Assembly (NCBI RefSeq): GCF_006345805.1
Contig: NC_043011.1
Location: 15,636,464 to 15,700,463, forward strand
DNA length: 64,000 nt
From: Octopus sinensis
Taxonomy: Eukaryota
Reading direction: 5' to 3'
Position numbers and translations under genes: made by a program. Below the pieces are notes generated by a model that was not told the origin of the DNA, did not search any database, and saw nothing but the letters and a program-made list of their open reading frames with translations. Of this stretch, positions 1 to 12,638 are shown piece after piece (the first letter of the stretch is position 1; each line of letters opens with the position of its first letter).

Positions 1-231
1 GTTATTTATTCAACCGTTCTGATCATTTTGACCACCATGAGTTTTGCAGTAAATCACTATATCATCCATAACTTTTGTATTATCCACTCAAATTACACCA
101 AAATCTCTGACAATACCAATTAATATCTTATTTATTGTCTGTGAAAATTATAGAATATAAAACAACTTTAATAAAAACTTATATCTACTTTTCCGACAAA
201 AACAATGCCGTTCTGAACATTTTGGCCGCAA

Positions 232-232
<1 letters not shown>

Positions 233-293
<61 letters not shown>

Positions 294-331
294 ATATATG
301 TGTGTGTGTGTGCGTGTGTTTGTGTGTCTGT
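233..331. repeat. (TA)n/(TG)n compound microsatellite
   Basis: Seen directly; it explains the YIYI/CVCV ORFs at 135-433. Confidence 0.95.
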
Positions 332-520
332 GTTTGTTCCCCAACATCGCTTGACAACCGATGCTGGTGTGTTTACGTCCCGGTAACTTAGCGGTTCGGC
401 AAAAGAGAACGATATAATAAATACTAGCCTCACAAAGAATAAGTCTTGGGGTCGATTTGCTCGACTAATGCCGGTGCTCCACGATGGCCACAGTCAAATG
501 ATTGAAACAAATAAAAGAAT
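332..520 (+). mobile_element. SINE-like interspersed repeat, 3' portion
   Basis: GC-richer block ending in caaatgattgaaacaaataaaagaataaa. A matching tail recurs at about 19257-19285, and the core ggggtcgat motif is shared with other SINEs in the window. Confidence 0.6.
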
Positions 521-1243
521 AAACGAATACATATATAAACATTCAGTATTATACCCCTTTACAGCAAAGCAACGTGTGAGCTAACTATCAAGTTATTTTA
601 CTTTCACATCAACAGCATTGTTCCGATTGATTGTGCAGATCATGAAGCGAGTACACTTCTACTTCTGCCTGAAACTTAATAAAGCTTTCACTCATGAAAA
701 ACATGCACAATGTGAGAAAATGAATGACGATTAGCTCCTGCATTTTAATCACAATTCAATAGTTATTCGAATAAAATTGCCGCCGGCTAACCAAAAATCT
801 ATCGTCACAGCATGTTTGTCTTCTGATAATTAATTGTTTCCTGTTAACATTAATTACTGTCTTGTTAACTTCCGAATCTTACATCATATAAGTTTTCATC
901 CTCTATCGAAAAAAAAGTTTGTATATCAGATTTAACGTAAATTTTAATGGTGAAACCAAGTGAATAAAATGTAATATATTAATTGCTTGAATGAATGTGT
1001 CACGAGGTAACAGCAGATTCAATATGGAACGCAATATTGAGGAATAGCTATACAGTAAGATAATGTAATATCATGGGTCAGCTAAAGCAGATCTTTGCCA
1101 CTACACTATCTGGGGAATTAAAGCGGACAAACTGGTTTATTGTGTAAATAATTTTGTGTATATCATGTGGGCATACTGTTCTAGGATACAGGATCTAAGT
1201 CAAAGTTGATATTGAATCTACAAAGAGAAATTTGTCGAAAAAA

Positions 1244-1653
1244 TCCGACTTATATTGAAAATGAACATTAGTGAACATTAGTGAACAAGAGTGGCAAACT
1301 CAGTGTGGCAGATTACACTGCTGTTTTTGCCATTCATATTCCGACTTATATTTAAAAATCAACACTAGTGAACATTAGTGAACAGTAGAGAACAAGAATA
1401 GTAAACTCAGTGTGGCAAATTACACTGCTGTTTCTACAATGCATATTCCGACTTATATTGAAAAATGAACGCTAGTGAACATTAGTGAACATTAGTGAAC
1501 AAGAGTGGCAAACTCAGTGTGGCATATTACACTGCTGTTTTTGCCATGCATATTCCGACTTATATTGAAAATGAACACTAGTGAACATTAGTGAACAAGA
1601 ATGGCAAACTCAGTGTGGCAAATTCCACTGCTGTTTTTGCCATGCATATTCCG
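1244..1653. repeat. Minisatellite, 4 units of 96-107 bp
   Basis: Units start with tccgacttatatt at 1244, 1340, 1447 and 1554. Length varies through the number of internal tagtgaacat subrepeats. Confidence 0.95.
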
Positions 1654-2569
1654 TATCGGATACGTAACATGTTCAATACAGATGCCGGAAAATGTATTCC
1701 CATAGGATTTCTTTGTTTACACTTGATACCTAGTGTAAACAACATTGCAGTTCGATTATGATATCAGACTTAAGTAATGATGACTGTGCTTCCTCTTACA
1801 CTACAGAAAATAATGAAAGCACCACTGTCCAGAAGGGGCTTTTACAGTCGGCTATTGCACAGCTTTTGCTGTGGTAAAAAGGAACCAACAATTTCTGACA
1901 TTTTTAGCGCGATTAATTTAAAGGTAAATCCCACGTGGCTCTGAGACTGCCAGCTATCTTCAAAATACGATTGAAGCTAATTTCTTTTCACTTATACTGC
2001 TATTACACTTGCAAAAGTCATAAAAGACACATAAACTCATTCCACTCTGATCTACATTTGTATCCTTGTGCAACAAGTCAGAAATCAATATTTGTTAAGT
2101 CAAATAAAACGCAGCCTTTTTGCTAAAGTATAAAAAATAATATTATATTTCGGAAATTCAGTTTGATTTTCGCTTAGAGGAATCAATAATCCAAATCTAT
2201 AAATTGTTTTCTCTTTCATTCATTTTTTTTTGTGTTTGATGTTTTATAACATATATGCCTTCCACAGAAAATAACTTTTCATTTATGATCTTTCTCTCTG
2301 TAAATACTTAGTGAAAGACTAATCTAAACTGTTTCCTATTTAATGTTGATATCAAAGTCGACAGTAAATTTTTCAATTTATTTCATATCGACCGCACAAA
2401 AACCATGAAAAGATTGCTATATTTTCGTAGATATCAAAACTTTCATTCATTCTTTCTTTTTGGCAAATATTATTACTCGTGATTCAAAATCGCTTTGCAA
2501 TTTTACAAGATATATTTTCTAGTTTATATTCGTTAAATAAAATGCACATATGCTTCTCCCATATATCAG

Positions 2570-2702
2570 TTTTCCACTCCTGTATAGATATCTAGAACTA
2601 TCTCATTCTACTGGACGCTTGGCTGTTATTCCACATGCGAGTATAGTATATCTTATTCCGCCTAAAGAGACTTCACCAACTGTAATTACCAGTTGGGATA
2701 TG
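2570..2702 (+). CDS. Possible isolated coding exon, product unknown
   Basis: Preceded by a pyrimidine-rich ...tcag and followed by GTAATG. Open frame FPLLYRYLELSHSTGRLAVIPHASIVYLIPPKETSPTVITSWDM. No partner exons or homology recognised. Confidence 0.2.
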
Positions 2703-3382
2703 GTAATGCGATATTTATATAATTTACACGTTTCTTAGTTGTTTATAATATACGCTTCTATTTATGAAGAATGGAATGAAGTATTTCCGAATACTAAGGT
2801 GAATAATGAGTATTGGCTAAAAATATAGTCTCCGTTAAAATCGATAAACCAATTAATATGTTGTTCTGAAGAAAAAAAGAAATGAATTAAATCTATTTGT
2901 TACTTTTGGGAAATATCTCAGTACATCGCATTAGTAAAAAGATATGAAAGCGTTACTAATTATTCCGAGGAGACAGATTTGAATGCATATTTAAGCTATG
3001 TCTATATAGGCTGATCGATGAAGTTTAGTTTCAATTATTCAAGCATACATAGATCGATGTCTGCAAGAAAAAAAAAATCACTGAGAGAAGGGATTTCCAA
3101 AATTTTTCAGCACTGAAAAGCAATGGTTGGAAATATATATTTAGTATTACATGCAGAGCGTAGATCCTAGCAATAGTGGCGGTAGAAAGAGAGGCGGATC
3201 ATTAGATGGGACTGCCAGGCAATAGTCCGGAATAGGTTAAACCATAACAGGGTATTTTAATATTTGCAACGAAACAGGCAGAATTAAAGAACGGGATACA
3301 AGGTTATAGGATTTAAATTTTCTGAGTAATCTGAAACAATATGATGATAGAAAGGAATTCAAGCTTGAACTTAAAAAATATG

Positions 3383-3710
<328 letters not shown>

Positions 3711-4105
3711 GAGTGCGAGAGCAGTGAATGCCATCAAAATGACACTGGGATAAAATATACGAAGCCCAGTATACCCATCATGATTACCCGTCTGATAAGG
3801 GTACACTAGGCACATGCATCACAACCATATGTGCGCGACATGGTGATCTTATATCGAGATAAAGAGCGCATGACCTTGCAGGTGGGGCCCAGTTAGAATT
3901 TTCTTCTGGTCGAGTAACCCATCCGGCTCAAAATGTCCTTGAATAAGGATTGTTTAAGGATGTTGAACAAAACACCCATGTTTCCAGACGTGAATTATTC
4001 AAACCCCAAACAATCCCTCTCAACACATTGCTATGTTGCTCCCCGACTACTTCTGCTCGTGATCAGAGATGCACATATCGTCAGCCACTAAGGGACATGC
4101 TGAAC
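3711..4105 (-). mobile_element. Truncated copy of a non-coding ~550-bp (TAA)n-embedded element
   Basis: Aligns with 4137-4525 and, reverse-complemented, with 52549-53005. Flanked by (ATT)n on both sides. Confidence 0.85.
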
Positions 4106-4136
<31 letters not shown>

Positions 4137-4685
4137 GAGTGAGAGAGCAGTTCATGCCATCAAAGTGACACTGGGGTAAAATATACGAAGCCCAACACAC
4201 ACATCATGACCACCCGTCTGACAAGGGTACGCCAGGCACATGTATCACAACCATATGTGCGCGACATGGTGATCTCATATCAAGATAAACAGCACATGAC
4301 CTTGCAGGTGGGGCCCAGTTAGAATTTTCTTCAGGTTGAGTAGCCCATGAAAAGGTCCCTGAATAAAGGTTGTTTAAGGATGTTGAAAGATCCACCCATG
4401 TTTCCAGAGGTGAATTATTCAAACCCCAAAGAATCCCTCTCAACACATGGCTATGATGCTCCCCGACTACTTCTGCTCGTGATCAGATATGCACATATCG
4501 TCAGCCACTAAGGGACATGCTCAACTAGTTATGGTCAAACAACTGACAAGCAAATCTGTGCTATTTAGCAAAATATTTGCTGTAGCCCATCTTTTATACC
4601 AAGACAAAACAATGTACGTGATAATCCTTCCAATCAGTTAAGATCAGAAGCCATGAGAGCCACTGCCTGGTATTGCATCAGGGCA
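4137..4685 (-). mobile_element. Longest copy of the non-coding (TAA)n-embedded element
   Basis: 549 bp between two (ATT)n tracts. Both termini match those of the opposite-strand copies at 52549 and 53092. Confidence 0.85.
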
Positions 4686-4751
<66 letters not shown>

Positions 4752-4781
4752 GTCATTATCATTATTATTATTATTATTATT

Positions 4782-5310
4782 CAGTAGTTTTATTTTTATT
4801 TTTATAGCGTGCTTTCACTTCACTACCGAGCGCAGCTCTGTGTGCCTTGGGTATGTGCTGTGATTTGTTGTGATGCTCTGATGGTTATTGTATGGAAAGT
4901 GTTCTGCGTAGGATGTGTGCAGTGCCTAGTAGTGCAATTTTCTGTATGTTATATGTGTTTGTAAGTCCTGGTGTTTTTGTTATGTATTTGTCTGAATATT
5001 TTTTTATCATGCCTAATGCACCTACTATGATAGGAATTGTTTCTGTTTTCAGATTCCACATTCTAGTTACCTCTATTTCCAGGTCTTTGTATTTTGAGAG
5101 TTTCTCCATTTCTTTTAGAGACACGTTGTCATCTGCCGGTACTGATACATCAATTAGAAAGCATTTTTTTTTCTTCATGGTCTCTGACAACTATATCTGG
5201 TCTGTTGGCCTTAATTTCTCTATCTGTGTGTATCGGCATATCCCAGAGTATGGTTGCTTTCTCGTTTTCTGTGACCTTTTCTGGTGTGTGCCTATACCAT
5301 CTTTTTTCTT
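4782..5310 (-). mobile_element. R4/Dong-like non-LTR retrotransposon 3' end (RLE endonuclease plus 3' UTR)
   Basis: Minus strand reads ILWDMPIHTDREIKANRPDIVV..CFLIDVSVP..KLSKYKDL..IPIIVGALG..QKIALLGTAHILRR, which contains the RLE PD..D/KxxKY motifs. Flanked by (TAA)n. Confidence 0.92.
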
Positions 5311-5316
5311 TTTTTC

Positions 5317-5410
<94 letters not shown>

Positions 5411-5620
5411 GAGAGAATTTATATGGGTAGCAGGTTATTGCCTTAGGTAACGATAAGCTTTCAATACAGTTTCAAGTGTTTCAGACCCTCCTGATAATAT
5501 TTATTGTCCCTCAGAGGCAAACTTTCTGTAGAAGCTCTACAGGTCATTCCATTCCAATCTCCTACATACATTTGTCTATATCTTTACTAACGGTTCCCAA
5601 TGCACCAGTTATTACAGGAA
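5411..5620 (-). mobile_element. Second R4/Dong-like family, extreme 3' end
   Basis: Minus strand PVITGALGTVSKDID..ELLQKVCL; ends on (TAA)n. Confidence 0.7.
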
Positions 5621-5626
5621 GTTTAG

Positions 5627-5974
5627 TGTGGAGAGGGATGTGTTGCCTTCTAGGAAGTCTGTTCAACGTTGGGTGAATGTTGGAAGAATGGCCAGTGTGA
5701 ATAGACCAATTCTGAGTGTGCACTGGGAAAAAAGAGCAAAAAAAAAAACGAGACGGGCTCTTGCCCTGTTGTTCAGGCACCTGTGGCTTTTGTGGGTTTT
5801 TCCACGACAACCTTAAAGCGCCTCCCTATTGGGAGTTTTAATTTGTTCAATTTTATTGTTATTATATTTCGTGTACACACGAAAACCCATCCTATTGTCC
5901 TGTTTTTGTCTTTTTATGTTGTATGTCAATTAATTTTGTGTAAGTGAACCCTTGTGGCTAGTAAAAGAACAAAC
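5627..5974 (+). mobile_element. Tx1/L1-clade 3' end, diverged relative of the 42.6-46.9 kb family
   Basis: VERDVLPSRKSVQRWVNVGRMASVN aligns with VERQVLSSECFKKRWVNVARMARMN. The tail aacccttgtggctagtaaaagaac resembles agccctgtgtggctaataaagaaac. Confidence 0.75.
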
Positions 5975-6035
5975 TATTATTATTGTGGTAAATAAATGAA
6001 ATCATCATCATCGTCATCATCATCACCATAACCAC

Positions 6036-6071
<36 letters not shown>

Positions 6072-6179
6072 TACTATTATTATTATTATTGTTGTTGTTG
6101 TTATTCTCCTTCCACTTCATCATCTTCTTTTTCTTCTTATTCTTCTTCTTCGTCTCCTTCTTCTTCTTATTATTATTAA

Positions 6180-6240
<61 letters not shown>

Positions 6241-6241
<1 letters not shown>

Positions 6242-6693
6242 GAAAACTCACAGTTTATTTTGCTAGGTATGATGGAAAGTGTCAGCTTTTCACAACATCA
6301 GACTAAGCTCAACACTTGCTTACTAGTCTGGCTTTCTAGAACACTGACAAGAATTCCTGCAGTTCCAAGCAATGCTGATTTTTGTAGTTGTTCTAACTTC
6401 ACATTTGCATCGATCTTTTTGAGCTATGCTGGTAGTTGAGTGCTGATACTTCCAAGTGCACCATTTACTATTAGAATCACGTTTACTCTCTTCATTGTCC
6501 ACAACCTTTGTATTTCCCACTTTAAATCGTCATAGCTCTTTATTTCTCTCTTCTCTTTTCTTTTTTCACATTGAACCTGTTGTCACCGGGGCATGCTATG
6601 CCATTATCATACATGTTATTTCTATTTTATTCACCACAACAATGTCCGTTTTCCGATGTCTGGTCGCATGCTCTTTCTTTTTTATTCATTTGT

Positions 6694-6695
<2 letters not shown>
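6241..6695 (-). mobile_element. Third R4/Dong-like RLE 3' fragment
   Basis: Minus strand, frameshifted: RKTDIVVVNK..IACPGDNR..GALGSISTQLPA..LEQLQKSALLGTAGIL. The 3' end abuts (TAA)n. Confidence 0.75.
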
Positions 6696-6732
<37 letters not shown>

Positions 6733-6793
6733 TATATATATATATAATTTTTATTATTTATTATATTATTTTTATTCATTTTATTTAAGTTAC

Positions 6794-6839
<46 letters not shown>

Positions 6840-6929
6840 CATTATTGCCATTTTCCTTTCTTTCTGTAATATTTAAGTCCTCCCTTTCAAACACTCATAC
6901 GCTTAAACCGACGGGGAAGACTATCCTCA

Positions 6930-7036
6930 TTCTTCTTCTTCTTCTTCTCTTCTTCTTCTTCTTCTTCTTCTTCTTCTTCTTCTTCTTCTTCTTCTTCTTC
7001 TTCTTCTTCTTCTTCTTCTTCTTCTTCTTCTTCTTC
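6930..7036. repeat. (CTT)n microsatellite; a second tract lies at 7643-7833
   Basis: Seen directly. Confidence 0.95.
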
Positions 7037-7344
7037 CATGTTTAGCTATTTGCTTTGTGTTTAGACAAGTTGACTCCAAGTCTCACCCAAAGACCCCCAA
7101 CAGACAAAAAAGTTAGATGATCAATGTTGTTTTATTAGTAGGGTGCCATATATTTGGTTTTCCACAGAGTACTGTTCTAGAAAAAGTCTATCAAAACATA
7201 AGCAAATTAAAAGTTTGTTTTAAAAGTACTTTAATTATAAGATGATGATGTGATTATTAAGATGACAGTAAAAGCTGTTGGCTTTTATGTATATTTAAAA
7301 AGTATTTTATCACTGTTTACAGATTAAAATGTTTTCGCGATTAC

Positions 7345-7620
7345 ATAGCCAATAAGTTTACGTAGGATATAAGCAGTTCCCATGAGCACTGATTCATTGC
7401 ATCCCACAGGATTTCATTCTCGGTGATTACTTCTGGCATTTTTCCTCTTTGTAGACCGTGATTTCCACAAAGCTCCCAAGAGATCATCCTTGCCATATTG
7501 TATTGACGTCATTTGTATTCACGTTGTGTGAATTTCGGGCATTCGCTAACCATATGACATACCGTTTCACCTCTTTTTCTACACATTCTAAATTTGTCAC
7601 GGTCGGTAGTATTATCGATT
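7345..7620 (-). mobile_element. R4/Dong-like fragment with CCHC knuckle, internally deleted
   Basis: Minus strand FRMCRKRGETVCHMVSECPKFTQREYK..VITENEILWD, joined to SVLMGTAYILRK. Confidence 0.75.
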
Positions 7621-7744
7621 TCGACGGGGAAGACTATCCACATTCTTCTTCTTCTTCTTCTTCTTCTTCTTCTTCTTCTGCTTTCTTTTTCTTCTGCTTT
7701 CTTCTTCTTCTTCCTCCTCTTCTTCCTCTTCCTCTTCTTCTTCT

Positions 7745-7785
<41 letters not shown>

Positions 7786-7831
7786 TTCATCTTTTTCTTC
7801 TGCTTTCTTCCTCTTCTTCTTCTTCTTCTTC

Positions 7832-8075
7832 TTCTGAGTTCAAATTCCGCCGAGGTCGACTTTGCCTTTCATCCTTTCGGGGTGGGTTTAATAAGTACCA
7901 GTTACGCCCTGAGGTCGATATAATTAATTTAATTCGTTTGTCTGTCCTTGTTTGTCTTCTCTGTGTTTAGCCCCTTGTGGGTAGTAAAGAAATAGGTATT
8001 TCGTCCGTCTTTACGTAGTGAGCTCAGATTCCGTTGCAGTCGTCATTGTTTTCGATCCTTTCGGTGTCGATGAAA
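7832..8075 (+). mobile_element. tRNA-derived SINE (family A), 5'-truncated, followed by the start of a second unit
   Basis: B-box gagttcaaattcc, body gaggtcgactttgcctttcatcc, and tail ttagccccttgtgggtagtaaagaaata. Confidence 0.9.
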
Positions 8076-9665
8076 TAGACTTACCCCTCGCCCACAATCG
8101 CTGGCCTTCTGGCACAATTTGTGACCAATAATTTAAGTTCAGCGTTGTAGTAGTTAAATTGCTCGCAAAATACCACACAATATTGGTATATGAAGTAATA
8201 ATTTCGAAAGGACAGACATTTTTTGTTGCAGAAGTAGACGACAAAACTAATGAGAAAATACGTCTATCGTTAATTTTAGCAGTATTTAATCTAAGGAGAG
8301 AGGAGGGGTTCAATAAATCTTGAATGAGACGATAGTTAATATTCCGTTTGAACTGTTGTACTGTAATAGCCCGAGGCAAAAAACAACGACACGTAGTGGG
8401 TTTCAGAATTTAGTTATAAAATCATGATTACTGCGCAAAAGTCAATAATAAAGGTAGAGATAAGAAAAAACCACAATGAAACCATTCATTGTACAAATGC
8501 TTTCTCATCAATAAATAATGTTTGAATATCAGTAACATCTTTATGTATCTGTAGGCTAGCTCATGCAGCTTGTCACTTATTCATGACTATATGCTAGACA
8601 CATACTTTTACTTCGCTAGGTGGGTAATATTTTTGCATTAATTGAACAGAATTTCAGTAAAACAGCATTCCGACAGAGTGTTGATACCAATCAATAGAGA
8701 GCAACAACCAAATGATAATTCAAAGTAGTTTACAGTAATTTATATTTCCCTTGAATAGCAAGTCATGCAATCTAAATGGATATATCTAGTTTAGTCTACA
8801 TTAGTTTGCTTTAGTTTCGGATTTAATGGAATCACGCAGGTCAGATAGAACACTAAGCAAATGTAATTGCCTTTCTACATTGGCAAACATATATTCTAGC
8901 AATAATACATATGTAACCGAGTTCTTTAATGGTGTGCCATTTATTTATAAGAACTAAACAAAATCTCGTAATATTAGTTTGTATCGTTAACGTTTTCTAT
9001 GAGCCTGTGAACAGTAAGATATAAGAAACGCATGCAAGGGAGAAATACGTTACCTGAGGAACACAAGTGTATACGTACATACACACACACACATCTATAC
9101 ACACATATATAAATATAAAGTAAAATATTATATACATCTATATACATATAAAATATAAAAAAGAGGCATACGTATAGAGGCAAGCACGCATGCACGCATA
9201 CACGCCATAAATACAGAAGCGCTTATATAGAGCAGAACGTCAAATTAGACGAAATTAAAGGTTCTAATTAAATCGAAATGATTAATAAATTTGACTGTTG
9301 CTAACTATAGTGAATTTGCCATCAGTAAATATGCTGGTGTTTGCTCTAAATACTAATAAAAGATCTCTAATATTGCACTCTCCACACACACAAACGTATA
9401 GAAGCATACAAACGCACGCATATGCACACTTACAAAGAGATACGTGTATGTAACAAGAAAGAAAATGAGGAAAATTCTCTTCTCCGTTCTAGATATTTGC
9501 AATCGATAGAGAAATCCACTGTCTGGAGAAATCAAATGAATATAAATGTGTGAGATTTGTTGTGCGTGAGTGTCTGTTCGTGCATATGTGTGTTTCTGTG
9601 TGTTTATGCGTGGTAGGATTGGATTTTCAGTTTGTGCAAAATCTTCAAACCTACACTTTATATGT

Positions 9666-9835
9666 ACGAGGGCTTGCTGAAAATTTCCTGGCTTTAAGGG
9701 TATCGCGAAAGGCCTAGCTGGAGGCCCAAACTTTTGCATTCTTTTACAGTTCTAAGTAAAACTGAAACATTCAAGCAAAAACGTGTGTGAGTTTGAGAGA
9801 GGAATATGTTGAATAAAACCATAATTCACTGATCC
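9666..9835 (+). mobile_element. Mariner-type MITE remnant
   Basis: Begins TAcgagggcttgctgaaaa, similar to the terminus TAcgagggacgttcaa of the mariner at 22277. The second TIR is not seen. Confidence 0.4.
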
Positions 9836-10305
9836 CAAAGACTAAACTCAGGTAATTATCCTCACATTGGCCCACCGATGAAATAAAAAAAACAATAAAA
9901 AATAACCATGCGTAAAACTATATAAATATAATGAGATCCCAAAGTAAGTCAGATTCTGGTGACGTTATCAAGCTGACAGATGAAGCAAGCAAGCCGAAAC
10001 ATCAAAATTCCCTGATCCTCTTGTATTTTCTTTTCTGAAAGTAGAGTGGGTATTTATTGAATTTACTGAATTTTACAAGGAGGTGTTTACCAATCTAACA
10101 GAGGCCTCAAAATACATTTTAAGATCCACAAAGATCAGAACTTATCTGCAGCGCTTGGTGGTCCAGACCGGATGTGCAATCTATGTGGGTGTCTTTTCAG
10201 AACATTTTCTGGTTAAAAAGAAAAAACGATATCAGATGCCATGATGGTTCTAAGGTGTAGGTATAGGGGGTGCTCAAACTCTGCATAAGTAGTAGACAAC
10301 CACCC

Positions 10306-10350
<45 letters not shown>

Positions 10351-10375
10351 ATATGTATGTATGTATGTGTGTATG

Positions 10376-10434
<59 letters not shown>

Positions 10435-10469
10435 ATGCATATATATATATATGTATGTATGTATATATG

Positions 10470-10512
<43 letters not shown>

Positions 10513-10526
10513 TATGTATATATTTA

Positions 10527-10646
10527 TCACGTGATCACGTGACCGACCAGGCTAACAGATGTTGCTACGCATCGCTGGTCACAATGTACTTCGCATTGTT
10601 TTAGCTTTCAAATGACGTCACCCCGCTGGCTAAGTGAGCAGGCCTG
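10527..10646. mobile_element. Short interspersed repeat fragment inside (TA)n
   Basis: GC-rich 120-bp block with sharp boundaries in TA-rich microsatellite; family not determined. Confidence 0.45.
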
Positions 10647-10671
10647 TATATATTTATATATACATATATAT

Positions 10672-10702
<31 letters not shown>

Positions 10703-11859
10703 AATATACATACATATATATATATATAAATAAACACACACACACACACACACACTCACACGCACACATATATATATATAGACATAATTTTCCTAGAGTA
10801 AGTAGGTAAAGGTCAGACTGAATGTTTATGTAGATTTATTATTACTACTAGAAGTTTACCATTCCACACATTTCAAAGAGAATATTCTTAATTTAGAGAT
10901 ATTGAATTAATTTTCATTTACTTTTTGGTCCTATTTTTCACATTTGTTATTCTAATAATCTTTATTATTTTATAAAGTGTAATGCATTTATTGGAATTGT
11001 TTAAGCGTAAAATTTCTTGCATGCAGGCATCTTAGAGCACGTTCTTCTCTTGCGTTTATTATATTAAATTTAGAAATGAAAATTTGGTACATTTCCTCTA
11101 CGCAAAATTTTCACCTTTTACACGGTGTTGTATAAGATTTAGCCATATATATATTCTTTGTTTAATAAAACGTGAGCTGGTACCTATATAGAGATACTCT
11201 TTGTTTTCTAATGTAACTTTACACCTGCAAACCCTATTTTTAATCTTACGTTCGAAGTTTAAAGGGCATTATATATTCCTTGCGCAATCACATTTATTAA
11301 CACACGTCACAATGTTAAAATAGCAAGACAAATGTTAATTATTTTATACATATAGGCACCTGGAAAATTATATACATATTCGCACAGAAGAGCATATACG
11401 CACGCGTCACATACACGAGCATGTATACACACTTATATATATTTTGTTATACACACACAAACACACCTACATAAGTACATACATATATACATATTTCTAT
11501 AAAGATGGGTTGACAAAGGAATAAACAATTATGTTGTGAACTTCGTTAGCCTACAGTTGATTCTGTTACAGGGTGCAATAAACTCAAATTTGACTGCTTG
11601 AGTTTCACCCTAAAGCTTCATCGGTGCTTCAAACCAAGTTGTTAATATTGCAGTACCTAAGCAAAATATATTAATATATGTGTATGTATTATATCAAAAC
11701 ATATATATACATACATACTTGCATTCATCCATGAATCCATCCATCCATGCATCCACCCATCCCTTCATCCATCCATCCATCCATCCATCTATCCATACAT
11801 ACATACACATGTATGTGTGTATATATATAAATACATACATACATATATATATATATATA

Positions 11860-11894
<35 letters not shown>

Positions 11895-12063
11895 TATACA
11901 TATCTATGTATGTAAACATAAACACGTGTATTAATGTCTTAATATGAAAGGGTTATTACTACACACAATAAATATCTTTATACAATGCCGTACACACGTT
12001 TGCAATAATGATACACTTAGCCATCTGTCTGCGTGTACCCACATATAGGTACACACTAATATA

Positions 12064-12112
<49 letters not shown>

Positions 12113-12118
<6 letters not shown>

Positions 12119-12240
12119 GCAATTTAGATATAAATACACTCGTATACACGCCGATTTACACAGACATGCATGCACGCACACACACACACATATATATATT
12201 TATACACACATGCATACACATTTATTCATAATTATTGCTT

Positions 12241-12289
<49 letters not shown>

Positions 12290-12428
12290 TATATATATAT
12301 ATACATGCAATTTAGATATAAATACACTCGTATACACGCCGATTTACACAGACATGCATGCACGCACACACACACACATATATATATTTATACACACATG
12401 CATACACATTTATTCATAATTATTGCTT

Positions 12429-12471
<43 letters not shown>

Positions 12472-12476
12472 ATACA

Positions 12477-12480
<4 letters not shown>
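12113..12480. repeat. 188-bp tandem duplication bounded by (TA)n
   Basis: catgcaatttagatataaatacactcg...tattgcttcaa occurs at 12116 and again at 12304. Confidence 0.92.
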
Positions 12481-12524
<44 letters not shown>

Positions 12525-12607
12525 ATATATAATATATATATAAATCTGCAGACATTCATACACGCGGTCATATGCAAATATATGCACACACATGCCCACA
12601 CACTCAC

Positions 12608-12638
<31 letters not shown>

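Noticed and set aside
1244-1653. CRISPR-like appearance of the repeat array
   Set aside because: Whole units are repeated, there are no unique spacers or cas genes, and the context is eukaryotic.
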